Assembly: GCF_009914755.1 (NCBI RefSeq)
Contig: NC_060927.1
Direction: 5' to 3' (one strand)
Source: the human T2T-CHM13v2.0 reference genome, Homo sapiens
Length of the DNA: 64,000 bases
Shown one piece after another: positions 39,895 through 56,810 of the stretch (its first letter is position 1; each line of letters begins with the position of its first letter). Below the pieces are notes generated by a model that saw only the letters and a list, made by a program, of their open reading frames with translations, was not told the DNA's origin and did no database searches. The translations under genes were made by a program, and so were the position numbers.

Positions 39895-41350
39895 CAGTTG
39901 ACTGGCAGTTTATGGATTGGGAAAAACATATTTGTAAATCATATATTTGATAAGGTATTAGTATCCAAAATTTATAAAGAACTCATACAACTCAACAGTA
40001 AGAAAGAAGCAGTGCAATTAAAAAATAAATGGGCAAAAGAGCTGGAAGGGTATTTCTTCAAACATGAAATTAAAATGGCCAACAGATATATGAAAAGATA
40101 CTCAACATCATTAATCACCTGGGAAGTACAAGTCAAGCCCACTCTTTGATAATATTTCAGACCCATTAGGATGGCTATTATTAAAAAGTCAAACAACAAC
40201 ACATTTGGGCAAGAGTATGGAGAAAAGGAAGCTCTTCTACATTGTTGGTGGGAATGTAAATGTACAACCATTATGAAAAACAGTATAAAGTTTTCTAAAG
40301 ACATTGGAATAAAATTAGAACTATCATATGACCCAGCAATCCCCCTTCTGGGCAGACAACCAAAGGAAATAAAACACTACCTTGTAAAGATATCTGCACC
40401 CCCTCCATTCACAATATGCAAGATATGGAAACAACCTGAGTGTCTGTTGACAGACAAATAAATACAAAAAAAAAAAAAAAAAGCTGTGGTAAAATGAAGT
40501 ATTACTTAGCCATAAAAAAGAATGATGTCTGTCATTTGCAGCAACATGGATAAAGCTGATGGAAATAAGTGAAATAAGCCAGGCACAAAATGACAAATTT
40601 TGTGTGTTCTCACTCACATATGGGAGCTAAATAAATTGATCTCATGAAGGTAGTGAGTATAATGGTGGTTACCAGAAGCTGGGTAGGGGAGATGGAGGGA
40701 TGAAAGAAATTGGTTAATAGGTACAATAGACATTTAGGTAGAAGAAATACGTTCTAGTGTTTGATAGCACAGTAGGGTGACTATAACTAACAAAAATTTA
40801 TTGTATAATTCAAAATAACTGGAAGAGAAGATTTAAAATGTCTCCAACACAAAGAAAAAATAAAACTTTGAAATGATAGGTTGATCATTACACATTGCAT
40901 ATAGATATCAAAGTATCATAATACCAAAAAATATGTACAAATATTTTATATATATCAATAAAAGTGAATTAATTAGACATGTTTCAAAAAGAAATGATAA
41001 ATATTTGAGTTGATGGATATCACAATTACCCTGATATGATCATTACACATTTTATGCATGTATCAAAATATTACACATAACATATAAATATGTCCAACTA
41101 TTATGTAGCAATAAAATAAGAATAAAAAGAAATTGTAGTAATGAATTGTATTACTATAGGTAATGAAATTATACTGAATACGGGATTCATGCTAAATGAT
41201 TAGATTTTCACTACTCTTGCCAAAAAGTAGGTAGCTAGATGAGATAATGAATATGTTGTTTCATTTTAGTAATCTTTTTATTAGCCCTCTATATTTCATA
41301 ACATCATGTTGTATACCTTAAATATACACAATAACATTTATTTTAAAAAT
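39895..41350 (+). mobile_element. L1MA 3' fragment followed by two further L1MA 3' termini
   Basis: ORF2 end ([12 protein letters not shown]); three separate 3'UTR ends with AATAAA/A-tails at ~40960, ~41125, ~41350. Confidence 0.8.
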
Positions 41351-42091
41351 AGAAAAGAAAAAACAATTGAAAACCAAAACATTAAATAGTCATGAGTGGA
41401 AAGAGTAGAAATGAGTGATTGATACTTGCAAAGTTAGATGACATGTCATTATTTCGTCCTATTTAGCTATCAATTATATTCACTTTTAGAACAAATATAA
41501 AGAAAGTAATGTTTGTGTTCTATACCCCTCTTGAGCTCTAAGATATGTGGCTTGCTTTCCTACTAAAAAATTCTGTAAATGTTGAATGTAGCTCTAGATG
41601 TTTTACAGTTTTCTTCAAATAACTTAAGGTAGCTTTTTTCCCCCAAAACTCTGTTTTTTGTTTGTTTTTGTTTCTTCACTAATATCTCTCTGCTAGAGAA
41701 TTTAAACTGAGAGATTAATTGTTATAGTTTCTAATATTTCTGTAATCAAATATCCTTTTTATTGACCATTACAACTATATTAAGTACACAAATAATGAAA
41801 GGCAAATACCATGTGTTGCTACAAGTATAGGAATAAAACACACTCTTAAGTATCAATTACACATTTGTAACATAAAATACTCTATCATTTTCTCACTCTT
41901 GTAAATTAATCTGTGCAAGTATTTTGTACACCTTAAGAATTAAAAGCTGACATACGTTTATGTCCATGAATGGGTGCTCAGTTTTACAAAATCTGTTAGT
42001 ATCAAATAAAACCAAGTTTCATTAAATAAAACTCTCAAATTTTAAAAGAATTCCAGCTTGAGTCTGATCTATGAAAGCATGTTAAATATAC

Positions 42092-42255
42092 CTTTTTTAA
42101 ACTTTATTTCCTCAAGTCTGAATTTTTCTAACTGGGCTTTATTCTGAAGAGTCCATTCTAGTGTCAATGGAGATTGGGTCTAGAGTTGAGCTATACAGAA
42201 ATCTCGTGGAGTTATACATTGCATAATCTGCACAGCCATAGAGAGTATCCTTGGT
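42092..42255 (-). pseudogene. Candidate exon, 164 nt (PRILSMAVQIMQCITPRDFCIAQL*TQSPLTLEWTLQNKAQLEKFRLEEIKFKK)
   Basis: Acceptor atatactttcAG, donor aag|GTatat; one stop in 54 codons; phase 2-1. Confidence 0.65.
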
Positions 42256-42480
42256 CTGAAAGTATATTTGTATATTATTTTATCATGTTAAGGGCCTCTA
42301 TAATAAGACAAAGACTAAAGATTCATAATTCTTCTATATCTTATATAAACTTAATTAAATGGTACATTTTTATGGTACATACAGAATTAGGGGAAACACA
42401 TGGCTTTAATATATTCTAACTAGCATTCAGAAGGTTTTAAAGATAAAATGACAATTCAGGGCATTTAGGTTCTATTATAT

Positions 42481-42888
42481 ATTTTTTTAATTGATACATA
42501 AGAGATATACATATTTTCAGAGTCTATGTGATATATTGATGCATTTATACAATGTGTAATAATCAAATTAGGGTAATTGAGATATCCATCCCCTTAAATG
42601 TCTATCTTTTCTTTAAGCTGAGAACATTTTACTTACTCTCCACCAGCTATTTTAAAATATGCAATAAAATATTGTTTACTTTAGGCACCCTACTGATTTT
42701 TTGAACGCTAGGTTCAAAAATATAATCTTCTATTAACCTATATTTTACTTAAATAACCTCTCTTTATCCTTTCCTCTCCCTACACTTCCTGGCCTCCAGT
42801 AACTACCAAACTACTTTTTATCTTCATGAGATCAATTTTCTTAGCTCCCACAGATGAGTGAGAACATATGTTTTGTACTTGGCTTAAT
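42481..42888 (-). mobile_element. L1MA 3' fragment
   Basis: L1MA 3'UTR antisense (gctcccacagatgagtgagaacat). Confidence 0.8.
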
Positions 42889-43206
42889 TCAAAGTGCATT
42901 ATGCATCATTAAGAAGTAGTAAAATATTGGTCATAATTGCTAAAAGACAAACATCAGAAGTTTCTCCCTTTAAATATATACATATATATATGTGAGCCTA
43001 TATTAATTTCATATCAGCATATATATTATTTTCAATAACTATACAATTGTAGGGCAAATCAGTTGTTATACCAAGATAATAATGAGTAGTTTTGGAAGCC
43101 AAAGTAATGTTTTAATAATTAACAGAGCTCATGTATAATATTTTGTGAAAATGAACAATTTGCAAAATGCTGCCAGTAATTTTTCCTAAGATTTCATGAG
43201 TCATAC

Positions 43207-43317
43207 TAGTTTCTATTTTCTATTTTGACTGTGACTTAGGAGACGTGGCTACGAAGAAGAGATTCCTGATACTGACAGCTGAGATTAAACATCCTTTTAT
43301 TTCCCATTATTATATTT
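43207..43317 (-). pseudogene. Candidate exon, 111 nt (NIIMGNKRMFNLSCQYQESLLRSHVS*VTVKIENRN)
   Basis: Acceptor ttttgttttctgtctaAG, donor cta|GTatga; phase 2-2. Confidence 0.55.
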
Positions 43318-43671
43318 CTTAGACAGAAAACAAAATTGAACATAACAAGTCACACTTATTTATCATGGAATGAATATTTTAGTGAGACTCATATTCCAAC
43401 TAACTTCTTTATTACTTCACTGTCTTACAGCACTTCCTTCTCATCTTTTACCTAGATTATTTCAATATTTTTTCCAATTTTTCTCTGCCACTAGTACCAA
43501 CACTTTCTAAAATTCCAGTGATTATTTGAACTTTCAAATATATTCCCTTTAAAATTTAATAAATTCTTAATATCAATGATACTAATTTGCACCTTTTCTT
43601 ATTTAGATTGCAGTATTCTTATAAACCTAAATTTTCTACATGGTATTCTGACTGTAGAAGAGGAAAGATTC

Positions 43672-43920
43672 TGTAGTATAGTGTTTAATAGTTTGCACTG
43701 TGGAATTACACTGTGAAGTATAAATTCTTGCTCTGGCCTGTCTGTTACATGACTGTGATCAACTTGCTTAAGTTGTCTAATGCCTCAGTTTCTTCAAATA
43801 TTAAATGACATGACCATTTTAGCAGTTATCATGTAAGATTTTTGTGAAAAACTAATGAGATCACAAACTGTTCACCTTAAAGCCTGGTATAAAGTGATTA
43901 CTCAATACATGTTAGTCATT
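43672..43920 (+). mobile_element. MIR
   Basis: Near full-length MIR with gcctcagtttcttc core. Confidence 0.75.
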
Positions 43921-44229
43921 TTATTCATACCTACTAATTTATTGATGTCTGAGTCTCTTTATGTTAATAATTCTGGAAAATATTTAAAAATTAAAAGATT
44001 AAAATGTATAAGCCATATAATACAGGTGGCCACCAGAAATGATGAAAAGTTAGAATACATAAGCTACATCTTAGGAGTCCTCTTTCTCTTTACAGGACAA
44101 AGTAACAGAGAGGAAAGACATTGCTCACTCCTCTAGGTGAATGTCTCTGCTTTCATTAAAGCTGGCTAACACCTTTAGAACTTAGATTTATGGAGTTCAT
44201 GCCACTTTTATGTGAAGGGGATAGGTCCA

Positions 44230-44550
44230 TATGACATAAATCAATTCAGTCAGTCACCTTTGCTGATTGACTCATTATAAATATGACCACAAGCCAAAGG
44301 TACATGACAGAGAATAAATGAAAACCATTTATGAAAGCAGAATTGGAATAAAGAAACTGATTCAAAAAGCTAAAGAGCATTCTATTCCTAAATGTTTACA
44401 AACGCATCTAAAACTGTGATCAGAAAATATTCTGGGTAATATAATGTAAGGCTCCACATTAAAAATTTTCATCAAGGTATAAGGGTCTCCAGTCAATGAT
44501 AAAAGTTCTTTTTTGGAGTCTAACTTCCATCTTTCTTGTGTCTCAGCCAT
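44230..44550 (-). pseudogene. Candidate exon remnant (LLSLTGDPYTLMKIFNVEPYIILPRIFSDHSFRCVCKHLGIECSLAF*ISFFIPILLS*MVFILFSVMYLWLVVIF)
   Basis: Long protein-like frame in non-repeat DNA; splice boundaries not resolved. Confidence 0.5.
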
Positions 44551-45731
44551 TTCATAATTACATTTGAGGTGTTGCAAATAATATGTTAAAATCCACAAAT
44601 GTGCAACCTTTGGCACTCATTTAATGGTGGAAGATTTTAAACCTCAATTTAAAGGTCAAATTAAAAGACAGTTTACACTATGTCACATACTTTTAAATCA
44701 GCATCCCAATATATGTAGAAATTATGACATATTTTTCTTAAATCAACTGAGATAATAGGATCTGCATTCTTGTGCTGGCTCTTCTATTAAAAGCTTACAT
44801 AAACTACCCAGTCACTTGTTAATTAAAAACATTTACTGGTTGCCTATTATATGTCATGTTTTGTACCAGAAACAGGGATTTTAAAAAAAGATAGAGTGTC
44901 TTTCATGAGTATAGACAGGTAAAAAACACAATATATCTGAAATATGAAGATGAAAGCATGCATATGATATTACAATGGCAGCTTAAACAGTTCCGTGGCT
45001 CCACATTTCTTCTTCTCCATTCATGTAACTACTACCTGTAAATTATGGTTTAGGATACAGATCAAGATTCATTATTTTCTGTAAAACTCTTCTGATCTAT
45101 TCAAGTTATGTTAAATGCTCCACTCTTCATGAACTTACAGCTATGTCTATAACCATCTTTCATAGGGTAACACTATATTGCAATTAATTATTTAGAAATC
45201 ACTCTTTACATTAAACCTGCAAGTGCAAAGAGTCTTTTTCTCTTAATTGCCTACAATTCTTATGGTACATATCCAAAATTAAGACACATCCAAAAGTAAG
45301 TTCTTAATACATGCGTCTGTGAATGAAGAAATGAATGAATAAATGGCATCTACCTCAGTCTGATTATGGTAAGCTACAACTACACTTTGAAGGGAACAGT
45401 TCACAGTATTGAATGTTGTGGTTGGACATATATTCCTAAAAATCAAGAAAAATATTTGGGCTTCACAGCAGCACACGGGCTTTGTTTGAAGCATGGTATA
45501 AATGCAATGTTCCTGAAGAAGGAAGAGACCTTGGTAAGAATGTAAGCACTAATTAAGGCTAAAAGATTCAAGGTCTAGTTAATAAAGAGGTTGAGGAGGT
45601 ACCAATTTGCTAACCATACTCTGGTATGGTGGTGACAGACAGGGTAGAGAAAAGGAGATGAAAAATGGTAGCAAATGGTATAAAATTGAAAGATCTCTTT
45701 ATAGCAAGGAAAATGGAGGTGTTGGCAAGTA

Positions 45732-46060
45732 CAGTCAACACTCTACTCAATGGGTTCTGGATCCCTGGATTCAACCAACCGTGGATTGAAAATACTTGGG
45801 AAAAAATGTTACATCTATATTGAACATTTGCAGACTTCTTATTATTTTCTAAACAATACAGTATAACAGCCATTTATCTAGCATTTACATTGTATTTGGT
45901 ATTTTAAGTAATCTTCAGATGATTTAAAGCATGTAGGAGGATGGGCACAGGTTATATGTAAATAGTGAACCATTATATATCAGGAACTTCAGCCTCCATG
46001 GATGCTGGTATACATGGGAGGTACTGAAACCAATCCCCTATGAATAACAAAAGGTGACTG
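45732..46060. mobile_element. MER2 (Tigger-derived)
   Basis: cagtc...gactg termini with TA target duplication. Confidence 0.88.
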
Positions 46061-47136
46061 TAGCTCTTTATGTAGCAAAGACAGTTTGTAAATAATCTAG
46101 TATAGAAACAAAGTCTTGCTTTTAAGATATTAACCAAGAATGTCAAGACATAAGAAGTCTGGTAAGATTTGTTTTTACTAGGCTAGAGAATTAATCACGT
46201 TTGAATGTTTTGGGTAGAAATGGCCTTAGTTATTAATATTACAGAATGTTTAGAAACAGCTGAACAGTGTCTAGAAGCATCCTTTCTTATATTGTGGCTG
46301 AAAACCTCATGGGAGAAAACATTAACTCTGAAAACAATGGGAGATAAAGCTATATTCTGGGAAGCTCAGCAAAATTGAGAAAATGAACCCTTGAAGAGAG
46401 AAATAATAATTTTTTAAAAAGCCAATAACCTTGTGGAATGACATCTGACAAACAGGACATGCAGCACTAAGGACAGTGAGAAGTGCTGTCTGAATCTTCC
46501 TCAATCCACCTATCTAGCAGAATGCCCCTAAAGACTAGTGGTCCTAGAATGCAGGAGGAAATGTGTTAAAAAAAAAAAAAAATCCCATTTTTTCTGCTCT
46601 CTTGTTTCTTCCTTCCTGTCACTCCTCACTGTCCCTTCCAAAAGAGCAGGACAATGAACAAGAAAGCATTTTTCTAAGAGATAGTGATAGAAATAACCAG
46701 AAGACAGAAGATACTACACTTATGGATACATTCAGTGAGGAATTTGTTGAATACATTAGATATATTATAAATTCAGATTCCTAAGGTAGGTTTATACCAC
46801 CATGTTGGATTTTTTAAAAATTCAAAGAGGAAAAGCAGAAAGGGGACTAAATGGCAAATTTGGACTTTGAAATTTTTGCATGACCTGCCCTCTTTGGGAA
46901 CTCCTACAACAGTGGTTCTCAAACAATAGTGCCCATAAACATTGACTCTGAGCGTCCTAAAAGTTCATATTCCTCCAGAGTTTCTGATTCAATAAGTAGA
47001 ATATGAAGCCTAGAAATCCTTTTGTGTAAATAAAAACAGAAAACTAAAAGTGACTGTGTTCCCGGTGTCTTAGGAAAAGACAAACAAACGAACAAACAAA
47101 CAAAAAACTAAAAGTGACTCTGCTCCCTGTATCTTA

Positions 47137-47476
<340 letters not shown>

Positions 47477-48653
47477 TGTTTTCACAGTAATACTGAGATG
47501 TCATTTGTCCCTTTAAACTATGATGACATTTACACCGATGGAGCATAAATAACGGTGTACTGGTGCCATAAGACAAATCCAGGTAAGGACACAAAAGTAA
47601 ACTAAGAGTCATATTTTTAAGTGTCATATATTTACAGATTTGTCTTAAAGCTAGTTTCATTTAAGATTCTCTTTTATATAGTAGTACAATTATTGATTTT
47701 ATTAAATCTTAACCTGAGTACACATATTTTTAATATTCTGTGTGTGGAAATGAGACATGCAAATAGAACACTTCTGCTGTATTACAAAAATATGCTGGTT
47801 GTCTAAAACAAAAGCACTTATCTGATGATTCATGTTTCCAGATGAACAATTTTTATTTTCATGAAATACCATTTTTACTTGAAAGAATGAGTGATGCTAG
47901 AGTCTTGTTTCCACCAGGATTTAGAAGACTACTTTTAGTTGTTGAGACAGTTGTAGGCTTAAACTATGTAGAACTTGTCTTCATAAACTGTTACCTAACT
48001 TTTTTGAATTAAGAAACTTTTGAGCTATAAAGTTATGTAAAATGTTTATTATTATTATCTGATTTCCTCTCATTCACTTTTTACTTTTTAAACTAATTTG
48101 ATAAAAGATATTACTTAGAATCGGATAACATGGAATCAATCTAAGTTTTGATCACTTGGGATAATCATAAATGAGACATTTACTTTAAGTCAGAATATTC
48201 TTACTGACAAACAGAATAACTATTTCACAGGATAATTGTGACAGTTAAATAATTAATGGTAGTTAAAGTTTGTGATACCATTCTATGAATGTCAGGCATT
48301 ATATTTGATTAGGTTGATGAAAGGTGATACAACTTTACATTATTTTGTGCAACCTTTTAAATGGAGTAATTAAATGAAAACGTAAAGGCATGAAGGCATG
48401 TCATTCAGATAAGTATTCTTCTCTCTCTGTTGGAATACAAGAGTGTGGTATGGAGGTATGCTGAGCAGCCCTAATGGGAAAAAAGGGGATGATAAACAAC
48501 TGTGAATAAGTCTGTGATAAAAATATGCAAAGAAGGCACAGTGAGTTTTATTCAGACCTAAATCTGCCAATTTTAATTCACAGAGAGCACAACACTAAAA
48601 GCAGTCAATTAATGGGAGTGTTAAGAGTAGCAACACTTTTCATGTTAGCTTAC

Positions 48654-48709
48654 CTTGACAAAGGCATCCTGTCTAAGATTACTGAAGGGTATAGTGGTTT
48701 GACACATGG
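48654..48709 (-). pseudogene. Candidate exon, 56 nt, open (MCQTTIPFSNLRQDAFVK)
   Basis: Donor aag|GTaagc, acceptor gttgacctAG; phase 1-0 matches upstream exon. Confidence 0.55.
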
Positions 48710-49409
48710 CTAGGTCAACGTATAACAAATTTAAACAAAATAGACTTGTGTGAAATGAAAGTCAATTTTTAACAAATAAATAATATCCATGGAGGCTATT
48801 TAAGTGACCTTATTTTAACCAAGCACAAAACAAATTAGAGTGTTAGAGATATTATAGACATTCTGGAAACTCTCCTATCAAGAGCCTGAGAGCAATGATT
48901 CCTTGTGAGTGCTTTGTCAGGCCAGAAACAAATGTAGGCGTATCATTCTTGCCATTTAGTCAGAGCAGGGTTTGTGCTTTCTCCACTGGTCAATGTGACC
49001 CGGATAATTAAAGGCTAAGGTCAGATAACAGACTAAGTTCTTAAATATCTGATTGAATTACTCCAAAACATAACAGTAAAGGATAAAAGAATATGGGATA
49101 ATCATGATAGGGATCAACAGGTGAACTTGGTATTGTGAGGGGCCTGAAAACAAGGCAAATGCCTTCGTTTTTTATTTATATATGTATTTATTTTTAGCTC
49201 TCATAACTGGATTATACAAATCTTAAATTTAGAGGTTGTAATTTATTTTTCTTGTATGCTTACTTTATTCTAGATATGGGGAAAATCATAGAACAGTTCA
49301 CTAAAAATTGATTGAGTTGACACAAAAATATTTTAAGTCAGTTTATACTTAGAGCAGTATTAAGAGTTCTTGCTTTTAAAGACCAATGCATTTAATTAAA
49401 CACATATAC

Positions 49410-49650
49410 ATGGAAAGCCAAAATCAAATCTACAATCATTTGCATGAGCCACTTAACCCCTTGCCTTTCAAGCTTTTAGTAGCTTTTGCACGACTGTTAC
49501 AAACTGCCAGAAACAAGAGCAAGAATACAATGCTTGTGCCAATGTTATCTGTCAAAATATTTATCCAGAGAAGTAATTGAGTAGGCAAGGTTAGTGGCTT
49601 CCATAGAAGGGTGGGAAGTAACATTTAATTACATATCTTCCTCCTATTGC
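49410..49650 (-). pseudogene. Candidate exon, 241 nt, disrupted (starts AIGGRYVIKCYFPPFYGSH*)
   Basis: Acceptor tccattctgttAG, donor cat|GTatat; phase 0-1. Confidence 0.5.
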
Positions 49651-49951
49651 CTAACAGAATGGATCATTATAACTCACTTAGCCTTTAATCTAACAATTGT
49701 ATTAAAATTAAATTGTATTTAATTGTATTAAAAACAATACAATTAAAAATTGTAATTGTAACAATTAATTATGCACAAAATATGAAGCAATCACCCAGGA
49801 TCTTCAAATGCTTACATGTAAAACCTCTCAGAACATTTTTAAAAATTGAAATCATAAAGTTGCCGACTACCAGAGCTTTATCATTATTTACTTTCATATG
49901 GGTTTTCCCTAACTCTCACACCAAACACTACAACCTTAAGATAAAATTAGG

Positions 49952-53039
<3,088 letters not shown>

Positions 53040-53639
53040 AAGATAAAATTAGGGATACTTACCAAAGGAGACAAAAAAAGAGAATAGGACAGAGGAAAGA
53101 AAAGAGGAAAAAGAAAAGAGAAAAAATAAAAAGATGTAGGAGGGAGGAATAAAAGGAAGAGAACGAAAACGATGGCATAAAAATTACTTAAATCTTGAAT
53201 AATTTTACATTAATAAAAATATAAATTATAAACACATAGATTGCCTATAAAGGTGTCTAAGAGGTCTTATTATATTACATTTATTTGCTGAGATTACTTA
53301 ATATCTAAAACTGTTAGTGTTTAAGTAATACTATAAAGTCCCTTTCTCTGCCTCTTTTCAAATCTGATTGAGGAATATGCAATAGAAGATGGAAAATCAA
53401 AATATTACACTAATTATAAAAACACACCCTATATGGAAAGCAGCATGCATATTTCCAACACTTAGTTACAGGCCTTAATGAATCTCTTATTTTTCTAATG
53501 AAAGTACGGGCCCCTGCTGCTGCCTCTGCCCTCCTTGCTTCACGTGTATAAGCCGGCTTCTTACAGTGTAATAGCCTGGAAGATCATGATGGAATGCTAC
53601 ACAGATCTTTCTGTCTTTCCTTGATTTCTCCAGTTAGGA

Positions 53640-54037
53640 TTAAATTCCAAGACCTCTGCAATTGTTGTTTCCTCATCTGGAATATTCTTCCCACCGCTAA
53701 ACATAATGACATATTCCTTCTCCTGAAACTTTTGGCTGGAATACCACTTTCTCAGTAAGAACTTTCCTAGCTACCACATAAAAAATTGATATCAATTTTT
53801 CACACACCTGTGCATATTATTCTATTTCCTGCTTTCTTTTTCTCCATTGAACTCATTACCATCTGACACACTTTACATTTTACTTGTTTATTTTGTTACT
53901 ATTTTTCTAACTCTGCTATAGTATAAATTCTATGAGAGAAAGGATTTTTCATCCAATTTACTCACTGCAGTATTCGCAATAATTAGCAGAGCATTTGGCA
54001 CGTTATAAGTATTATATGAATATTTGTTGAATGAGTA
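53640..54037 (+). mobile_element. L2 3' fragment
   Basis: Terminal ...tggcacgttataagt...aatatttgttgaatga typical of L2. Confidence 0.7.
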
Positions 54038-54113
54038 GAAGCTTTCTGAGGGCATCCACATCTTAGAGAAAAAGAAGGGAACATGGAGTAAAGTGAGATG
54101 GTTCTTGCCCCAC

Positions 54114-54293
54114 ATTGAACATAAGTGTAATTGACTCCACAAAGAGGTCAGCCAAAATCCCAAGAACCTCTTCAAGGAAACCAGCAGGGTTTGAAGAACT
54201 GTTCTCTTCACATTCTTCAGCATTTTGTTCTTTTAAGCCATCAGGTTTAATGATTGATCTCATAGACAACCTGGATGTTTTCTCCCTCAAAAC
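54114..54293 (-). pseudogene. Candidate exon, 180 nt, fully open (VLREKTSRLSMRSIIKPDGLKEQNAEECEENSSSNPAGFLEEVLGILADLFVESITLMFN)
   Basis: Strong acceptor tgtttcactatacctttcaccAG, donor aat|GTgggg; phase 0-0. Confidence 0.7.
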
Positions 54294-55123
54294 CTGGTGA
54301 AAGGTATAGTGAAACAATAATAACTTATACATGAAACTCAGCATTCCAGCAAATCATCTAATTGAAATAGAGAAGAGATCCAGTAAGTAATTTTTAAAAT
54401 TTCCTCAAATATTCCAAATGTGTGTGGCACTAATTATATCCTATGAAAATCATATTTTTTCAGAAGTTAGCCCATACAAAATATCATTCAGAGTGTTAAC
54501 CTTATACATGATTGTAATGAAAGTCTATGCATTTTGTCAAATCCACTGCAAATTAGAAGTAGCTCAGTTGAAGAAGTAAGATTAGCTGGTACAGATCAAT
54601 AAACACATCAAAGTTACTCATGCTGTCCTTCATGTTTCTACTGTATCTTCTAATTATTTATCTTATAACAGTTACCTTATTTTCTTACCTACTTGTTCAA
54701 TGCATTAGATAATGAGTTCCTTGACTACAAGGGCCAGGTCTTACACATTTTACCTCTTGTATAATGCTTAGCCAAATGCCTGTGCTCAATATGGCTCAAT
54801 ACTGAGCCGAATGCTGCTCAGTGCAGTATTCCCAATAATACTGGGAATAATGCAGTATTCTCAGTATTTTATTGGAGTAAGTTTTAGGGTAATGGCTACA
54901 TTTAAAATGTAAATTGATAATAGAAAAATAATGTAGTGTCCTTGAAAAAATTTTATGCTCCAGAGGTCATAATAGCTGAACATAAAAAAAAACATATGAA
55001 TGTCTGGTGTATGTCTATGGTTAATGTTGCTGTGTTATATCTTGTGCTGTTACTATACGTGTATAAAGGTAACTGCTGTGGGCAAGTGATATCAATGATG
55101 TGCGCAGACATAACCTGATATAC

Positions 55124-55249
55124 CTGGCTCAATGAGAACCATCTCTTATGAGCTGCTAACAAATTGATCTGTTGATGGTATGTTTCAGTGGACTCAAAGG
55201 ACTGTGGAAAGTTTCTCCAAGCAACAGACCAAAGAGAAGCTACCAGCTT
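55124..55249 (-). pseudogene. Candidate exon, 126 nt, fully open (KLVASLWSVAWRNFPQSFESTETYHQQINLLAAHKRWFSLSQ)
   Basis: Donor cag|GTatat, weak acceptor ttacagtgacAG; phase 0-0. Confidence 0.6.
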
Positions 55250-55439
55250 CTGTCACTGTAATAGCTTGTGTTCATATCCTTATGCATTAAGTAATTTCCA
55301 CTTTTTTCTTTGATTAACAATTTTTTGCTATAAATTATGGAACATGTTTATAGCCTAATCCCACTTTGATGATATATGAGGCAGAACAACAGCATTAGCC
55401 ATGTTTGATCTGGTTCTTTGTATTCTGAAAATACTCTTG

Positions 55440-55830
55440 ATGCAGATTTGGTTTTACAGAAAAGACGCTGAGTTGGTATTTCATGTTCGTGGTATTTTTT
55501 GCTGATCAACAAGTAAGGAAGGGGTGAAAAAGGTAGCATTACAGAGCTGATGTAGAACTGTGATGTGCGCCTATGAAACCTTGACCAAAACGATGGGGAT
55601 TTATGCGGTAAATATTGGTATTTAAAATAGAAAACTTGCAGCAAATGGCCAGGGATGTTAGTCTCTGCCTTGATCAGAGTCTATTGGCTGTGGGCCATTC
55701 TGAGCAGAACCTGCCTTCAAATAAGGTGGCCTTGAGCAGCTGAGACAAGCCCTGAAGAACGTGACTGCTTGGAGCACCTGCTGGATTTTCCCTTGAAGAA
55801 AAATCTGGTGACAAAATTCTTGGTCTACAA
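55440..55830 (-). mobile_element. LTR16-like ERVL LTR
   Basis: Diverged LTR16-type motifs (gtagaactgtgatg; gagtctattggctgtgggc). Confidence 0.45.
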
Positions 55831-56730
55831 GAACTCTACAGAAGGAAAAACTGTATCAATCTGATATAAGAAGCTGTCCCATTCCAGGAAAACCTTATCT
55901 GTATTTTGAAACACAAAAAATTAACTAGAATTGCTCATTCATTCTGAGTGCAATCCTGGCAGATATGAAATTTAAAGTAACCTACTTCCAGTTATGTATT
56001 ATTAGGGCTAAATAACTCCTAAAACTTCAATAATTATTTTCTTCCAATAATAAAAAAAATAGATGAGGGCTAGTTATTAGTGTTTATTCTAAATTTTTGT
56101 GAAGATACAAATACTAAATACAGATCTAAAAATGTTATTGCTATAGAAGCCAAATCTAGTAATTATCTTGTAACATCTATTTCTTTACAAATCTTTAGAG
56201 AATTGATAATTAATCTTTTGCTTTATAATATTAGATAAATTAAATGCATATATATAGCTACAGCTGTTAAAATATACTGCTGCAATAAGAATCAGATACA
56301 TTTAACAAATTAATGTGTCTTTTTGTCAATTCAAAATGCTATTTCACAAGATGATGTAACTGTATAAATTTAATTAATGATTACTTTAAAAGAAGAAAAA
56401 TAGAAACTTTAATGATTTGATAAAAATGAAAGGAGTTTCAATAGGAAAATAGAACATTTCAAGTGGGAGGCAAACTCCAATACATAACTAAATTTTTTAT
56501 CTTAATCATTGAAAAACATTTAAATGATATGCTTATAAATTAAAATGCCTATTTATATTTGGGAAAAAATTAAATGGAAACTTTTTACTTTGTAGTTATT
56601 TATGTGAATAGAATGAGGTATAATTAATCATAATGAGCCAAATAGCAGCTAAATATAACCACTGGATATTCAACCGCTAGAAACTCGTAACACACTGATT
56701 GGCGTGTATTTGATTGGTCAATGCTCATAC

Positions 56731-56810
56731 TGCTTGTTTTTATCTATAAGGAATGACATCTGGTTGACAGAACTTAGTAAAAATATGTTGATAGTCTGCC
56801 ATACTGACAG
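56731..56810 (-). pseudogene. Candidate exon, 80 nt
   Basis: Acceptor ttctttatttcaAG, donor gca|GTatga. Confidence 0.45.

Noticed and set aside
45345-45545. Plus-strand donor-like sites (atg|gtaagc, ttg|gtaaga)
   Set aside because: No matching acceptors or frame continuity; no plus-strand gene model supported.
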